A DNA stretch of 64,000 nt, from the NCBI GenBank assembly GCA_963783375.1, contig CAWANH010000029.1, forward strand, positions 1,312,001 through 1,376,000, read 5' to 3'. The notes below the pieces were generated by a model. The model ran no database searches. It saw nothing but the letters and a program-made list of their open reading frames with translations, and was not told the origin of the DNA. A program made the position numbers and the translations under genes. This DNA is from Candidatus Eiseniibacteriota bacterium (GTDB lineage: Bacteria > Eisenbacteria > RBG-16-71-46 > JABDJR01). Of the stretch, positions 19,113-30,758 are shown piece after piece (position 1 is the first letter of the stretch; every line of letters starts with the position of its first letter).

Positions 19113-20857
19113 CTCGTCCCTTCCTCGGTCGTCTCGCCGGAGGCTCCCGTGGTGTCCGCCGGCGCGGCGAGCTGCTCGAGGGCCTGGGTATGGATCGTGA
19201 CCCCGATCTTGGCCCGCTCCTTCTCCAGGAAAGCGTCCAGCTTCTTGTCGGCCAGGAAGGTCCTGGCGTCCTGGTCCACCTGCTGCTTGATCTCCGCGTA
19301 GCTCACGAGCCGCTCGGGCCGGCGGGCCACCACCCGGTACACCGTGGCCAGATCCGTGCGGAGCACGGGGTCGCTGACCCCGCCTTCCTTGAGAGGCGCC
19401 ACCGTGTTGTCGCGGACCACGTCCTGGCCCTCGTAGAGCCACTGCGATTCCCCGTCGGCCACCAGCCCCGGGTCGGTCTTCTGGTACTTGTCCCGGAGGT
19501 CGGTGAACGACGTCCCCTGCTTCCAGTCCTCGGCCAGCTGCTTCATCAGCGCCTCGTCCTTGGAGGCGAAACTGGCCACCTTGTAGGAGGGCGGCGCCTT
19601 GTAGGCGTCCTTGTGGGCCTGGAAATAGGTGTCGATTTCGGCCTGGGTGGGCTTCACGTCCTTGATGACGTCGTTGTAATAGAAGTAGGTGACCCGCATG
19701 TTCTGGGCCCGGTCCAGGAGCCGGGCCTTGAGCACCGGATCGTCGGTGAAATGCAGATCCTCCGCCGCCTTCGAATAGAGGTAGTCCCGCATCAGCACCT
19801 TGAAGACTTCCATCAGGTCCTCTTCGTCGGAGCCGGTGGGCCATAGGCCGGAGGGATACCACTCCAGGCGGTTGGCGAAATCCCGGGCCGTCCAGTCGGG
19901 AGCGTTTTCGAAGTCCACCACCTTGGTCGTCTCCTCCGCGGCGGTGAAGGGAGGCGTGGACCGCTGGGAGTCGAGCTTGGCGTAGGGATTGTCCATCTGG
20001 CTCGGGCTCGGCTGCCAGTAGTACTTGGTCATGAGGAGGGCCTTGCCCTCGGCCGGGTAGCTGGGGCCGGCCGCCGCGATCAACGAGTCGAGAACGGCCT
20101 TCTGCCGGTTGAAGTAGAGCGGCTGGCGGAGGGTCTGATCCAGAACGCCGTCCATTTCCTGGCGGGAAGACGCCACATCGGCCGGACGCTCATCGAGGAC
20201 CTTGAAGAAGTAGGTCCCCATCGCATCCTTCATCGGGCCCAGGGTGCTCCCCACCGGAGCGGTCCAAACCGCCGAGTCCACCGCCCAGGGCAGGGTCCCG
20301 GCCTTGGTCCACCCCATGTCCCCGTCCCGGCCCTCGCCCACCCACTGGGCGGAATAGTCCTTGGCCAGTTTCTGGAAATCGACGCCCTTGTCGAGCTGTT
20401 CCTTGATGAACTTGTCCACTCCGGGGTCGACGATCAGCATGCCCAGGAGGTGGCGCTCGCGACCCATGTGGGCGTAGAGCGAATCCTTCATCCCCTCGGT
20501 GACGTGAACCTGGTCCTTGACCAGCTTGGCCAGGACCAGGTGGGAGACCTGGGTGTCCCGAAAGCGGCGCAGGCGCCACTGCTGCTGGAGAATCAGGTCC
20601 GGATAGACCTCGGTGGCCGCGATCTCCATCAGATCCTTGTTGATGAGATCCTTGAGAAGACCCTGCTTGCCCTCCATCTGGGTGAGATCGGGGCGTTCCT
20701 GGGGCTTCATCTTGAGGTACGCCTGCTCGAAGTCGGAGGCGCGGACGGTCCGATTCCCGACTTCGGCCAGGACGGGATCATCCGAGTTCTGGCCGCACCC
20801 GACGATCATCGCCGCCGAGAGGGCGACGAGCCCCGCCAGTACGTGGATTCGCTTCAT
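19109..20857 (-). CDS. Parvulin-type peptidyl-prolyl isomerase lipoprotein (SurA/PrsA-like)
   Basis: Lipobox IVGC; VLAEVGNRTV; DFQKLAKDYS..DGDMGW; second rotamase-like domain. Confidence 0.85.
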   Translation of the reverse strand: MKRIHVLAGLVALSAAMIVGCGQNSDDPVLAEVGNRTVRASDFEQAYLKMKPQERPDLTQMEGKQGLLKDLINKDLMEIAATEVYPDLILQQQWRLRRFRDTQVSHLVLAKLVKDQVHVTEGMKDSLYAHMGRERHLLGMLIVDPGVDKFIKEQLDKGVDFQKLAKDYSAQWVGEGRDGDMGWTKAGTLPWAVDSAVWTAPVGSTLGPMKDAMGTYFFKVLDERPADVASSRQEMDGVLDQTLRQPLYFNRQKAVLDSLIAAAGPSYPAEGKALLMTKYYWQPSPSQMDNPYAKLDSQRSTPPFTAAEETTKVVDFENAPDWTARDFANRLEWYPSGLWPTGSDEEDLMEVFKVLMRDYLYSKAAEDLHFTDDPVLKARLLDRAQNMRVTYFYYNDVIKDVKPTQAEIDTYFQAHKDAYKAPPSYKVASFASKDEALMKQLAEDWKQGTSFTDLRDKYQKTDPGLVADGESQWLYEGQDVVRDNTVAPLKEGGVSDPVLRTDLATVYRVVARRPERLVSYAEIKQQVDQDARTFLADKKLDAFLEKERAKIGVTIHTQALEQLAAPADTTGASGETTEEGTS

Positions 20858-21107
20858 GTGATGGAACCTCCCTATGGCCAGAAAGGGGCGACCCGACGGT
20901 CGCCCCCAAAGCACCGAAAAACCCCTGGAAGTGTACCCTACCGGGAACGGTACCCTCAAGGTACGCCTCCCCGGGGGACCCATTCCACTACCGGGGGGGA
21001 GCTTGCTTGATTCCGGCCTCATCCGGCTGGTATCCTCTTCTGCCTTCGATGACAGGGACGGTACGGAACCGTGTCCGGGAGCCTCACACTCTGAGAGAGC
21101 CGATCCG

Positions 21108-24100
21108 TTGAATCCTAAGCCTTCCCCGGAGCAACGCGGCGCGCGTGCCGGACTGAGCCCGCTCGAGTCGGCCGTCCTCGCCCTCTTCTTCCTATCCGGC
21201 GCCAGCGCACTGGTCTACGAGGTGGTGTGGACGCGGGAGTTCACCACCGTCTTCGGCGGCTCCGCGTTCGCCATCGCCACCGTCCTCGCGGCATACATGG
21301 CCGGACTCGCCCTGGGGAGCACGGTCTTCGGCCGGTCCATCGACCGTCGCGGCCACCCTCTGCTGGTGTACGGGCTGCTCGAGGCCGCGGTGGGGGTCTG
21401 GGCGCTCCTGCTGCCCGCCATCCTCCACTTCCTGGACGGGGTGTACGGGGGGATCTACCGCGCGATGGAGCCGGGACCCTACGCCCTGGCCCTGATCCGC
21501 TTCGTGCTGAGCTTCGCCGTGCTCCTCGTCCCCACCACCATGATGGGCGGCACCCTTCCCGTCCTCGGGAAGCTCCTCTTCCGGAACTGGAAGGGGCTGG
21601 GGACCCGGGCCGGGCTCCTCTACGGGTCCAATACCCTGGGGGCGGTCCTGGGGACGGTGGTCGGCGGCTTCTTCCTCCTCCCCGGCATCGGCCTGAACGG
21701 CTCCACCTACGTGGCCGCGGTATTCAACGGGGTGGTGGCGGTGGCGGCGGTCCTTCTGGCCCGCGCCTTCCCTTTCCGGTCCGCTCCCCCGTCCCCCGAG
21801 GCCGCAGCGCCCGCCCCCCGGGCCTCCGCCCTACCGGCGGATCCCTCCGGCGCCGGCCTCCGGCGCACCGTGCTCTGGGTCTACGCGGCCAGTGGATTCG
21901 CCGCCCTGGCCTACGAGGTGGCCTGGACCAAGACCCTCTCCATGGTCCTGGGGACCACGAACTACGCGTTCACCTCCATGCTGGCTACCTTCCTCCTCGG
22001 CCTCTCCCTGGGGAGCCTCCTGTTCGCGCGGCTGGCCGACCGCTACGGTCGGCCCGAATCCCTGCTGGCCCTGGTCCAGGCGGGGATCCCGCTGTTCGCG
22101 CTCTTCACCATCCCGATCATGGGGCACATGCCCCAGTGGTTCGTGGACGCCTTCCCGCACCTCAATGGCTCGTGGTTCAAGATCGAGACCTTCCGGGTGC
22201 TCCTGGCCGGTTCGGCCATGTTCATCCCCACCGTGCTCATGGGGGGAACGTTCCCGCTGGTCACCCGCGCCTACGTGAACCGCTCCCAAACCGGGCGGAG
22301 CCTGGGCGCCCTCTACGCCGCCAACACCCTGGGAGCCATCGGCGGCTCCTTCCTGACCGGCTTCGTGCTGGTGCCCTGGCTCGGCCGGCAGAACTCCATC
22401 CTCGCCGCATCCCTGGTGAACGTGGCCGCCGCGATCCTGCTCCTCGCCGTCCTCGGCCGGCGGCGGGTGCCGGGAGCGATCCGGTGGGGCCTGGCGGTGG
22501 TGGTGCTGGGCATGGTGCCCGCGACCATCCTGGGCTTCCAGCGCTGGAACCCGCTGGTGATGGCCTCGGGTGCATACCTGTACGCCGGGGAACTGGGCAA
22601 GTATCCATCGATCGAGGAGAGCGCGGCCGGGGCGGACATCCTGCTCTACGACGAGGCCACCGAGGCCACGGTCTCGGTCTGGCAGACCGAGCAGGTCACC
22701 TCGCTCCGGACCAACGGCAAGGTGGAGGCCTCGACCCACGGCGACATGATCACCCAGAAGCTCATCTCCCACCTCCCGGTCTTCTACCACGCCGGAGAGG
22801 TGAAGGACGGGCTCATGATCGGCCTGGCCAGCGGGATCTCCGTCGGTTCGCTCCTCACCCACCCCTTCGAGCGGGTCGAGACCGTCGAGCTCATCCCCAG
22901 CATGGTGGACGTCGCGGGCTGGTTCGAGGACTTCAACCGCCGGTGCCTGGACGATCCACGTCACAAGCTCATCATCAACGACGGCCGGAACTACCTCCTC
23001 CTCACCCGGGAGAAGTACGACGTCATCGTGAGCGAGCCCTCCAACCCCTGGATCGCCGGGGTGAGCGCGCTGTTCACCCGCCAGTTCTTCGAACTGACCA
23101 AGCAGCACCTGAAACCGGGGGGAGTGGTCTGCCAGTGGGTGCAGATCTACCAGTACACCGAGGCCGATCTCAAGACCATGCTGGCGACGTTCATCGACGC
23201 CTACCCCTACGTTCACCTGTGGCGGGCCGCGCCGGGGGACCTCATCCTGGTGGGGAGCCTGAGCCCGCTCCACTTCCACCTGGACCAGGCCGAGGCCTCG
23301 TTGAACGGCCCGGTGGGCGACGACCTGCGCCAGATCGAGGTTCTCCCCCTCTCCCAGCTCCTGGCCTACTACCTCACCGACCGGGACGGGATCCAGCATT
23401 GGGTGGGCGACTGGCCCAAGCGGGTGACCGACGACAACCTCTACCTGGAGTACGCCGTTCCCCGCCATATGTACGACCTGAGCGGGCAGGTCAACATGAT
23501 GGTCCTCCAGGACGAACTGAAGCCGGTCACCCCGATCCTGGAGCCGGCCCCCACGGACAGCTCGCTGGCCGAATCCATCGACCGGTTCCGGCGCGCCCGG
23601 ATCCTCACCCTCCGGGCCCGGTTCCGGGGCCAGATTCCCCCCGGAACGCGGAACCTGGACGAGGCTCTTGGCCTGGCCATGGAGATCGAGCCGCGGGAAA
23701 TCCTGACCCGAACCCTGCTCTCCCACGACATCAACGAGCGGGGCATCCAGAAACTCCTGAACGGACAGTCCGCTCCGGCGGAGACGTACTTCCTCCGGGC
23801 GGCCAGGATCGGGGATTCCCTGGAGAAGGGGCTGGCCCTGAGCAACATCGGCACGATCAAGTTCCAGGCCGGGGATCTGGACAGCGCCCAGGTGTACTGG
23901 GATGAAGCCCGGGCCACGACGCCGGTGTACCCCACGCTCTCCTTCAACCTGGCGCTTCTGGCCGCTCGCCGGGGAAATTACGCCGAGGCGGTGAAGCAGT
24001 ACGCGGAGGTGGTGCACTGGAGCCCCGGAAACGCCCGGGCTCTGGGCGGTCTGGCCTACAACCGCGCCCTCCTGGGCCGGGATCTCGACCAGGCCCTCGT

Positions 24101-24380
24101 CGAGGCGAAACGAGCGGTGGCCCTGAGCCCGGTGGCGAACAACCTGGATACCCAGGGGTTCGTGCTGATCAAGCTAGAACGCTGGAAAGAGGCGGAGAAG
24201 GTCCTCGAACGCGCCGTGAATCTGGCCCCCGACCAGATGGCGATGCTCCTCCACCTGGGAATGGCGCGGGCCGGATCCGGAGCCGTCGACGGGGCCCGCA
24301 CCGCCTTCCAGGCCGTGGTGGACCGGAGCAAGGATCCGGACCTCGTTCGTGAGGCCCGGGAAGCCCTGGGGAAGCTGTGA
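21108..24380 (+). CDS. Fused MFS-like membrane domain / spermidine synthase-like domain with C-terminal TPRs
   Basis: SGASALVYEVVW, LYGSNTLGA, IGLASGIS, DGRNYL..YDVIVSEPSNPW; TPR tail; start approximate. Confidence 0.88.
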   Translation: MNPKPSPEQRGARAGLSPLESAVLALFFLSGASALVYEVVWTREFTTVFGGSAFAIATVLAAYMAGLALGSTVFGRSIDRRGHPLLVYGLLEAAVGVWALLLPAILHFLDGVYGGIYRAMEPGPYALALIRFVLSFAVLLVPTTMMGGTLPVLGKLLFRNWKGLGTRAGLLYGSNTLGAVLGTVVGGFFLLPGIGLNGSTYVAAVFNGVVAVAAVLLARAFPFRSAPPSPEAAAPAPRASALPADPSGAGLRRTVLWVYAASGFAALAYEVAWTKTLSMVLGTTNYAFTSMLATFLLGLSLGSLLFARLADRYGRPESLLALVQAGIPLFALFTIPIMGHMPQWFVDAFPHLNGSWFKIETFRVLLAGSAMFIPTVLMGGTFPLVTRAYVNRSQTGRSLGALYAANTLGAIGGSFLTGFVLVPWLGRQNSILAASLVNVAAAILLLAVLGRRRVPGAIRWGLAVVVLGMVPATILGFQRWNPLVMASGAYLYAGELGKYPSIEESAAGADILLYDEATEATVSVWQTEQVTSLRTNGKVEASTHGDMITQKLISHLPVFYHAGEVKDGLMIGLASGISVGSLLTHPFERVETVELIPSMVDVAGWFEDFNRRCLDDPRHKLIINDGRNYLLLTREKYDVIVSEPSNPWIAGVSALFTRQFFELTKQHLKPGGVVCQWVQIYQYTEADLKTMLATFIDAYPYVHLWRAAPGDLILVGSLSPLHFHLDQAEASLNGPVGDDLRQIEVLPLSQLLAYYLTDRDGIQHWVGDWPKRVTDDNLYLEYAVPRHMYDLSGQVNMMVLQDELKPVTPILEPAPTDSSLAESIDRFRRARILTLRARFRGQIPPGTRNLDEALGLAMEIEPREILTRTLLSHDINERGIQKLLNGQSAPAETYFLRAARIGDSLEKGLALSNIGTIKFQAGDLDSAQVYWDEARATTPVYPTLSFNLALLAARRGNYAEAVKQYAEVVHWSPGNARALGGLAYNRALLGRDLDQALVEAKRAVALSPVANNLDTQGFVLIKLERWKEAEKVLERAVNLAPDQMAMLLHLGMARAGSGAVDGARTAFQAVVDRSKDPDLVREAREALGKL

Positions 24381-24393
24381 GGGGAGCCTGACC

Positions 24394-26595
24394 ATGAAAC
24401 GAATCATCCCGCTGACCGTCTTCGCGGCCGGCGTCGTCGCCCTGACCGCCGTCTCCGTGCTTTCCGTCGATCGGGGCCCCTTCGAGCGCACCCCGGTGGG
24501 GAGCGAGCAGGGCTATTGGGACGCCGCCCGGCAGGTGGCCTCGAGCGGGGCCGCCCCGGCTCAGCTCAACGTGCACCCCAGCCCGATCTATGTCCGGGCG
24601 CTCGCCGTCCTGGCCTCCGACGACCCTTCGGCCGCCCGCCGAGCCCATCGTATCCTCACCGCCGTCTTCCTCCCCCTGATCGCGCTCGGAGTGCTCGGCC
24701 TGGCCTGGAAACGGAGCGGACCGTGGGCCGCGACTACGGCCGGGATCCTCGCCGCGGCGGCCGGGCCGCTGGTGATGAGCGCGGGGGCCTTCAGCCCCGC
24801 GATCCCCGGGGCCCTCCTGGGGCTCGCCGCCCTCCTGGTCCTGGACGGGAAGCGGACCATGGCCTCCTGGGCGGTGGCCGGACTCCTGGTGGGCCTTGCC
24901 GGACGCATGGACGCGACCCTGGGATGGAGCCTCGGCCTCATTCTCCTGATCCTGGCCCTTTTCGCCTCCGGCCGGGGCGGTCGTTCGCGCCTCCCCGCCG
25001 TCATCCTCTTCCTCGGACTCTGGGCGGGGGGATCGGCCGCCGCGGGAGCGCTGGCCGGAACCTCGGACGTTCTCCCCCCGGTTCGAGGCGTGGACGTCTA
25101 CCGGGGGAACCGCGCCGAGGCCTCGGGGGTCGAGCCGCAACGCGGCGATCACGACGGCAGGGCCTGGTGGGTCCGCCGGGATTTCACCCGCGAGGCCGGG
25201 CGGGCCGAGAACCGTCCGGTCACCGCCGCCCAGACCGACCGGTACTGGGCGGGGCAGGCGCTCCGCGAGGCGTTCACCCATCCGCTCTCGAGCTTGAAGC
25301 GGACCGGGGTCAAGGTGCTGGCCACCTTCACCGGCGAGCCCCTGCCCCGCGAGGTGAGCGCGGCCTTCCTGCGCGACCGCGTGGAGGGGGGGTGGCTCAA
25401 CGTCATCACCTGGGCGGGGCGGATCCTCATCCCCCTGGGCCTGGTGGGGCTGGTCCTCCGCCGGCGGAAGGCGGGCGGGCTTCTGTGGGCGGGAGCCCTG
25501 TCCGGGCTCCTGGCCGCGCTCCTCACCACCGCCGACGCCGACACCCGACAGCTCACGGTCATGACGCTCCTCGCCGGGTTCGCCCTCTTTCTCACCGCGG
25601 TTCTCGATGCCCCGGCGCGGACCCGGATCGCCGCGGTGGCGGGAGGGCTGGCCGCGATCGCGATCTGGGGGATCTGGGCCCCGGCGGGCGCCGTCCCCGG
25701 CCTGGGGATCACCGGTCAGGACGTCTTCCAGCTCGGCTCGGTCTACGACCGGGAGAAGCGGGGCTCGGCGGCGCTCCGGGAATACGAGCGGTCCCTTCGT
25801 CTCGATCCGGCGAACCCGTACCCGCGGTTCGCCCTGGCCGCCATGCTGGTCCGCGACAACGTGAACGAGGAGGCCACCCGGGAGCTGGAGTCCCTGCGCA
25901 CCGACCACCCCGACTTCGTCCCCGGGCTGGCGGCCCTGGCCCGGCTCTACGAGCACAAGCAGGACTGGCGGGGGGCGGCCAACGTCTACGGCGATCTCCT
26001 GAATCTCGATCCGGTGAACGCGGAGTACTGGAACAACCTCGGCACCCTGGACGCGCAGATGGGAATCTACGATCAGGCGGCCATGGCCTTCCAGAGGGCC
26101 CTCCAGCTGAACCCCGCCTATGATGTGGCCCGGAACAACCTGCAGTCCCTCCGGGATCAGGGGCTGGTGGTGACCGCGGGCGGCGCCCCCGCCGACACCA
26201 CGGCGGTGATGGCCCCCGCCGATTCGCTTCGACTCATCCAGGAGCGCGTGTTGGGGCTCATCCAGAACCGGGACTTCGAGGGGGCGGAACAGGTGCTCCA
26301 GGACGCCTACCGGCGGATGGGGCGTCGCCCGGAGCTGGTCTACGCCGACGGGACCCTGAAGCTGGTGTGGGGGAAGTCCGGCGAGGCGGCGGAGCTCTTC
26401 GAGTCCATCTACCCCCGGATGAAGCAGAACCAGTTCTACCTCAACAACCTCGCCGCGGCCTATGCCAACCAGGGCGAGTTGAAGAAGGCGGAGAAGACCT
26501 GGAAGGAGGCGCTGGCGCTGCAGCCCTCCAACGTCCGCATCCAGCAGAGCCTGGCCCGGGTCCAGGCCCGGATCGACTCGCTCGGCGCGAAGTGA
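24394..26595 (+). CDS. Membrane GT-C (ArnT/PMT-like) protein with C-terminal TPRs
   Basis: Many TM helices, GVDVYRGN loop, TPR motifs (WNNLG, LNNLAAAY). Confidence 0.7.
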   Translation: MKRIIPLTVFAAGVVALTAVSVLSVDRGPFERTPVGSEQGYWDAARQVASSGAAPAQLNVHPSPIYVRALAVLASDDPSAARRAHRILTAVFLPLIALGVLGLAWKRSGPWAATTAGILAAAAGPLVMSAGAFSPAIPGALLGLAALLVLDGKRTMASWAVAGLLVGLAGRMDATLGWSLGLILLILALFASGRGGRSRLPAVILFLGLWAGGSAAAGALAGTSDVLPPVRGVDVYRGNRAEASGVEPQRGDHDGRAWWVRRDFTREAGRAENRPVTAAQTDRYWAGQALREAFTHPLSSLKRTGVKVLATFTGEPLPREVSAAFLRDRVEGGWLNVITWAGRILIPLGLVGLVLRRRKAGGLLWAGALSGLLAALLTTADADTRQLTVMTLLAGFALFLTAVLDAPARTRIAAVAGGLAAIAIWGIWAPAGAVPGLGITGQDVFQLGSVYDREKRGSAALREYERSLRLDPANPYPRFALAAMLVRDNVNEEATRELESLRTDHPDFVPGLAALARLYEHKQDWRGAANVYGDLLNLDPVNAEYWNNLGTLDAQMGIYDQAAMAFQRALQLNPAYDVARNNLQSLRDQGLVVTAGGAPADTTAVMAPADSLRLIQERVLGLIQNRDFEGAEQVLQDAYRRMGRRPELVYADGTLKLVWGKSGEAAELFESIYPRMKQNQFYLNNLAAAYANQGELKKAEKTWKEALALQPSNVRIQQSLARVQARIDSLGAK

Positions 26596-26614
26596 GGCCC
26601 GCTCCGGGCGCCCG

Positions 26615-28251
26615 CTACTGGATGTAGGGCAGCGCCCGCAACCGCTCCTTCTGCTCCGGGGTCAGCACCTGGGCCGGCGCCCGGTCGAGAAGGAACCCCG
26701 GCACCGATTTCCTGCTCACCGGGTGCTTGTTCAGGAAGTCGGGCTTCATCACCTCGGTCCACACCCGCCCGTCCATCGCGTCGGGGACCACCTGCCCCAT
26801 GAGGGCCAGGAGGGACGGCGTCACGTCGATGATCTGGGCGTCCTTGAAGTCGCCACCCGCGGCCAGGCGCGCCCGGGCGTCCCCCTCGCGATTCCGGTGC
26901 ACGGCGGGACCGCGCACCGCGATGACTCCCTGGGGGCGATGGTTGGCGGTGAACGAGGTGGTCCAGACGTCCTGGAAGTAGGGGACGTCGGCCTTGACCG
27001 AGTCCGGCACCCCGCGGGTCACGAAGTAGTGCGGGATCTCCTGGAAGACCACGTCCGGGGCCTTCTCCACCACCGGCCCCTTGTAGAGGTCCTCGCGGCG
27101 GAAGATGTTCTCGAAGGGGCAGAGACCGGTCTTGGGGTCGTGGAGATTCATGGCCATCGTCTCGAACTTGTCGATGAACGCCTGACGGTCCGAACTCCCC
27201 TCGAGCCCTCCCTGCAGGATGTAGTGCATGATGCCGTTGGTGATGGTCATCTGGGGGACGGCGTGGGTGCCGAGCCACTCGGGTATGTCGGTGTCCTCGA
27301 CCCAGTTCGACAGGTTGAGCTGGCGATAGATGGGCCCGAATCCGTGGTCGGACATCACCAGCACGGTGGCGTCGGGGGGGAGCGCGGCCACCAGATCCCC
27401 GAACATCACGTCCAACCGCTCCCAGACGTCCTGGATGGCGTTCCCGAACTCCTTCGCCCCCTCCGCGGTGTGCTCGGGGTGGTTGGGGTCCATGTCCTTC
27501 CAGAAGAAGTGCTGCACCTTGTCCGAGGCGGTGAAGACCATCCAGATGAAGTCGTACTTTCCCGAATCGATCCACTGGCCGGCCACCCTGAACCGGTCTT
27601 CCTGGCGGCCTGAATGCCCTTCAGCATCTCGGCCTGGGTGCGGGTGAACAGGCTCTCCCCCAGATAGTCCAGGAGGTAGGGACCGAGCTGCTTCTGATAC
27701 TCGGGGGGATAGGTGTAGTTCACGTCACCGCTGGGGAAGGGGAACCCGCTGATCATCCTTCCCCGCACCGGGTCGGGAGGGTAGGTCATGGGGACGTTCA
27801 GCACCCCCACCCGGTAGCCGGCGTCCGAGAGGAGCATCCAGATGGGGGTGGCCCGCCGGTTGGTCGCGGTCTCGAGGATCTGCCCGTCCCCGGTCGGATC
27901 CTGCTTCTGAAAGTCGTAGATGCCGTGCTTGCCGGGATTGACCCCGGTGAAGCCCGAGGTCCAGCACACCGGGCTCAGGATGGGGTAGACGGTGGTCAGG
28001 TCCCCCACCGCCGCCTCGTCCATGAACCCCTTCAGATGGGGGAGCTTCCCCTCCTCCATCCAGGGCACCAGGAGATCCCAGGTCGCCCCGTCCATCCCGA
28101 TCACCACCACCGGAGGCTTGGACTTCCCGCACCCCCCCGTCCCCAACGCGAGCCCCGCCGCCGCCACGGCCAGCAGGCTCAGTACCAACCCCGCAAACGC
28201 TCCCCGCCGCCGCCGGGCCGGGGCCGTTCCGCTGCGCGACTCACTGGACAT
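26615..28251 (-). CDS. Alkaline phosphatase superfamily (NPP-type) lipoprotein; one frameshift near 27603
   Basis: VIGMDGATW, SPVCWTSGFTGVNPGKHGIYDF, VMSDHGF, DVTPSLL; continuous homology across two ORFs. Confidence 0.82.
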
Positions 28252-29802
28252 AGGGCACCGCCTTGATCCGTTCCACGGCCTCGGAGCCGGTCTCCTCGGC
28301 CTCGGTCTTGTCCACCTTCACCGGGTGGGCATGGAGATAGTCGGGAAGGAAGAGCCCGGTGAGCACCCGTCCTTCCATGTACCCCGGCACCGTCTCCCCC
28401 TCCAGATACATGAGGGTGGGGGTGATGTCGAGCAGGTTCTGGCGGCCCTCGAGCTTCCCGTTCCCGAACATGGGTCCCGAGGCGATCAGGATCCCGTGCA
28501 CCTCGTGGTGGGCGCTGAAGGAGAAGGCCGGGGTGCCGAACGGGGGCCTTGTCCCCGCTCTCATTGATGAGGTAGTAGCCGGGCCGGGCCAGGAACACCA
28601 GGTCGGGGGCCTTGTCGGTGTAGCGTCCGGTGAAGACGTTCTCCTTGCGATCGCCGAAGATCACCGGGCAGAGCCCGTTCTGGGGGTCGCGGGCGGCGAG
28701 GATCCGGCGAAGCACCTCGTCCACCTCCGCGTCGTGCTGCTCCCGGGTCAGGGTCGCGTTGTACTCCCGCCCGATCTCCGGCACGTAGAGCATGGTGGCG
28801 TTGGTCTCGAGGGCGTAGGCGTCGAGTGATCGGCTTCTCGCCGTCCGGCGGGTGGGCGAGGAAGGACTCGGGGCGGAAGGCCCGGTGGACCCCGCAGAAT
28901 CCGTGGTCGGAGAGCACGATCACCGCCAGCTCCCGCCCCTGCGCGGCGGCCTGGGCCGAGGCCTGATCCACCAGCTCCCCTACCGCCTCATCGATCGCCT
29001 CGTAGACGTGAAGGATGCTGTCTCCGAACCGGGGAGCCAGGGCCGGATCGTAGAAGGGGTGATCCTTCTCCATGAACTTCCAGAAGAAGTGCTGGATCCG
29101 GTCGGTTCCGGTGAAGACCACCCAGTACATGTCGAGGTCGGGGTTCTCCTCCCCCAGTTCCAGGGCCACCTGCTTCCGTTTCCTGAAGGTGCCCACGATC
29201 TCCGATTCCAGATCGGCCTCGTGTCCCGCGATCAGGGCCTCCCCCATCCGGTCCAGGCGATAGCCCTCCCGGTGGAGCCGCGCCTCCAGCTCCGGAGGAT
29301 AGGCGAACCCCACGGAATCGGGATGAGGCAGGCCGGCCACCATGAAGCCGTCCACCGGGTCCGGGGGATCGGTCATCGGCATGTTCAGCATACCAACCTT
29401 GTGGCCGGCTTCGGAGAGGAGCGTCCACACCCCGGGCACCCGCCGGCTTCGCGCGGTCTCGCTGTAGACAATCATGCTGTCGGGGTCGAGGCGGAAGAAG
29501 TCGAAGATCCCATGCATCCCGGGGTTCACCCCGGTGGCGGCGGAGGTCCAGGCCGGGGGGGAGAGCGGGGGGATCACCGAGAGGAGGGGCCCGTAGACCC
29601 CGCCGTCTCGGAGGGCCTTCAGCCGAGGGAGGTGCCCCTGGTCCATGAAGGGTCCCATGAGATCCCAGGTGGCGCCGTCCATTCCGATCACCAGGACCTT
29701 GGGCGGGTTCTGCCCCTTGCCGCACCCACCCAGGAACGCGACCCCCAGGAACGCTATGCAACCGGCGAGGAGGATCGAGGCCCGGGGTCGGAGTCTTCTC
29801 AC
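28241..29802 (-). CDS. Alkaline phosphatase superfamily (NPP-type) lipoprotein; frameshifts near 28825 and 28545
   Basis: LGGC lipobox, VIGMDGATW, SPPAWTSAATGVNPGMHG, LSDHGF, DITPTL; three ORFs join into one paralog of the neighbour. Confidence 0.82.
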
Positions 29803-29808
29803 GTCGGG

Positions 29809-30525
29809 TCAGCGATTGTAGAGGGTCTTGACGCCACCCCAGGTGGACTCTTCGGTGACCCGCTTGAGACAGGGCAGGCTCCCCTTCTCGCTGTCGTCGT
29901 CGGAGAAGCCGACCCAGCCGAGATGGGTCGTCTCGAGGTAGGTGGTCGCGGGCCCGTCACAATCCACGAGCTGTATGTTCTTCCCCGGCCCGTCGACGAT
30001 CTCGAGCCGGTCCGGGCTGTAGGCGGTCACGGTGAAGTACCCGGCCACCGCGGTCACCCCGTCTCCAATCCCCCCCGGCTCGTTCCTCTGGCAGTTGGTG
30101 GTTCTCACCCAGACCATGGTGTTGCCGTGGCCGGCCCCGGCCCGGTTGGGCCAGCCGTCCTGAGGCCACTCGATGTCGGCGCAACTGGTCCACCCGAAGA
30201 TGTCCACGCCGCGGTGGATCTGGTCGTCGTAGCGAAGCCCGCACTGGACCCCGGAGATGCCCGGGCCGGAGTCCGCCTTGAACACACACAGAAATACGAA
30301 ATAACTCAAATTGAGTTCGCCCGTAACCTGGATCTGGTCGTCGTCACAGGCCAGGGGTTCGATCTTCTCGCAGTTGAATCGCGATGTGGCCTCGGAGATG
30401 TAGAAACCCAGGGTGGCGTCCTGTTGGTTGTTGAGTTGCGCCAGGGCGACCCCGGGGAGGGCCCCCGCGGCAATCAGGAGGATCGGGGCGATGCAAAGCA
30501 GGTTGCGAGATCTGGTAGCAATCAT
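29809..30525 (-). CDS. Secreted Cys-rich protein, TWG-tail family (divergent copy)
   Basis: Signal peptide; GISGVQCG, GVDIFGWTSC, VWVRTTNCQR, TAYSPD; ends STWGGVKTLYNR. Confidence 0.8.
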   Translation of the reverse strand: MIATRSRNLLCIAPILLIAAGALPGVALAQLNNQQDATLGFYISEATSRFNCEKIEPLACDDDQIQVTGELNLSYFVFLCVFKADSGPGISGVQCGLRYDDQIHRGVDIFGWTSCADIEWPQDGWPNRAGAGHGNTMVWVRTTNCQRNEPGGIGDGVTAVAGYFTVTAYSPDRLEIVDGPGKNIQLVDCDGPATTYLETTHLGWVGFSDDDSEKGSLPCLKRVTEESTWGGVKTLYNR

Positions 30526-30758
30526 GGCCGAGGCAGACTCCTTGAGCCGAAACGGGAGGTGCTCGAAGCGACCTCCCAACCGGCCCTCTGAGGACACACC
30601 GTGCCCATCGGCACCCGGACCGCGGCGGCGTTCCACAACCCGCGGCCCGTCGGGGGTTTCTACCCCCCCGCCGGCACTTTTCTCCCGAAAGTTCCCTCCC
30701 GGGAATTCCCCCCCGGATCAAGCACCATAAGAGTTTAGCAGAGAAACCCCTCCCCGGC

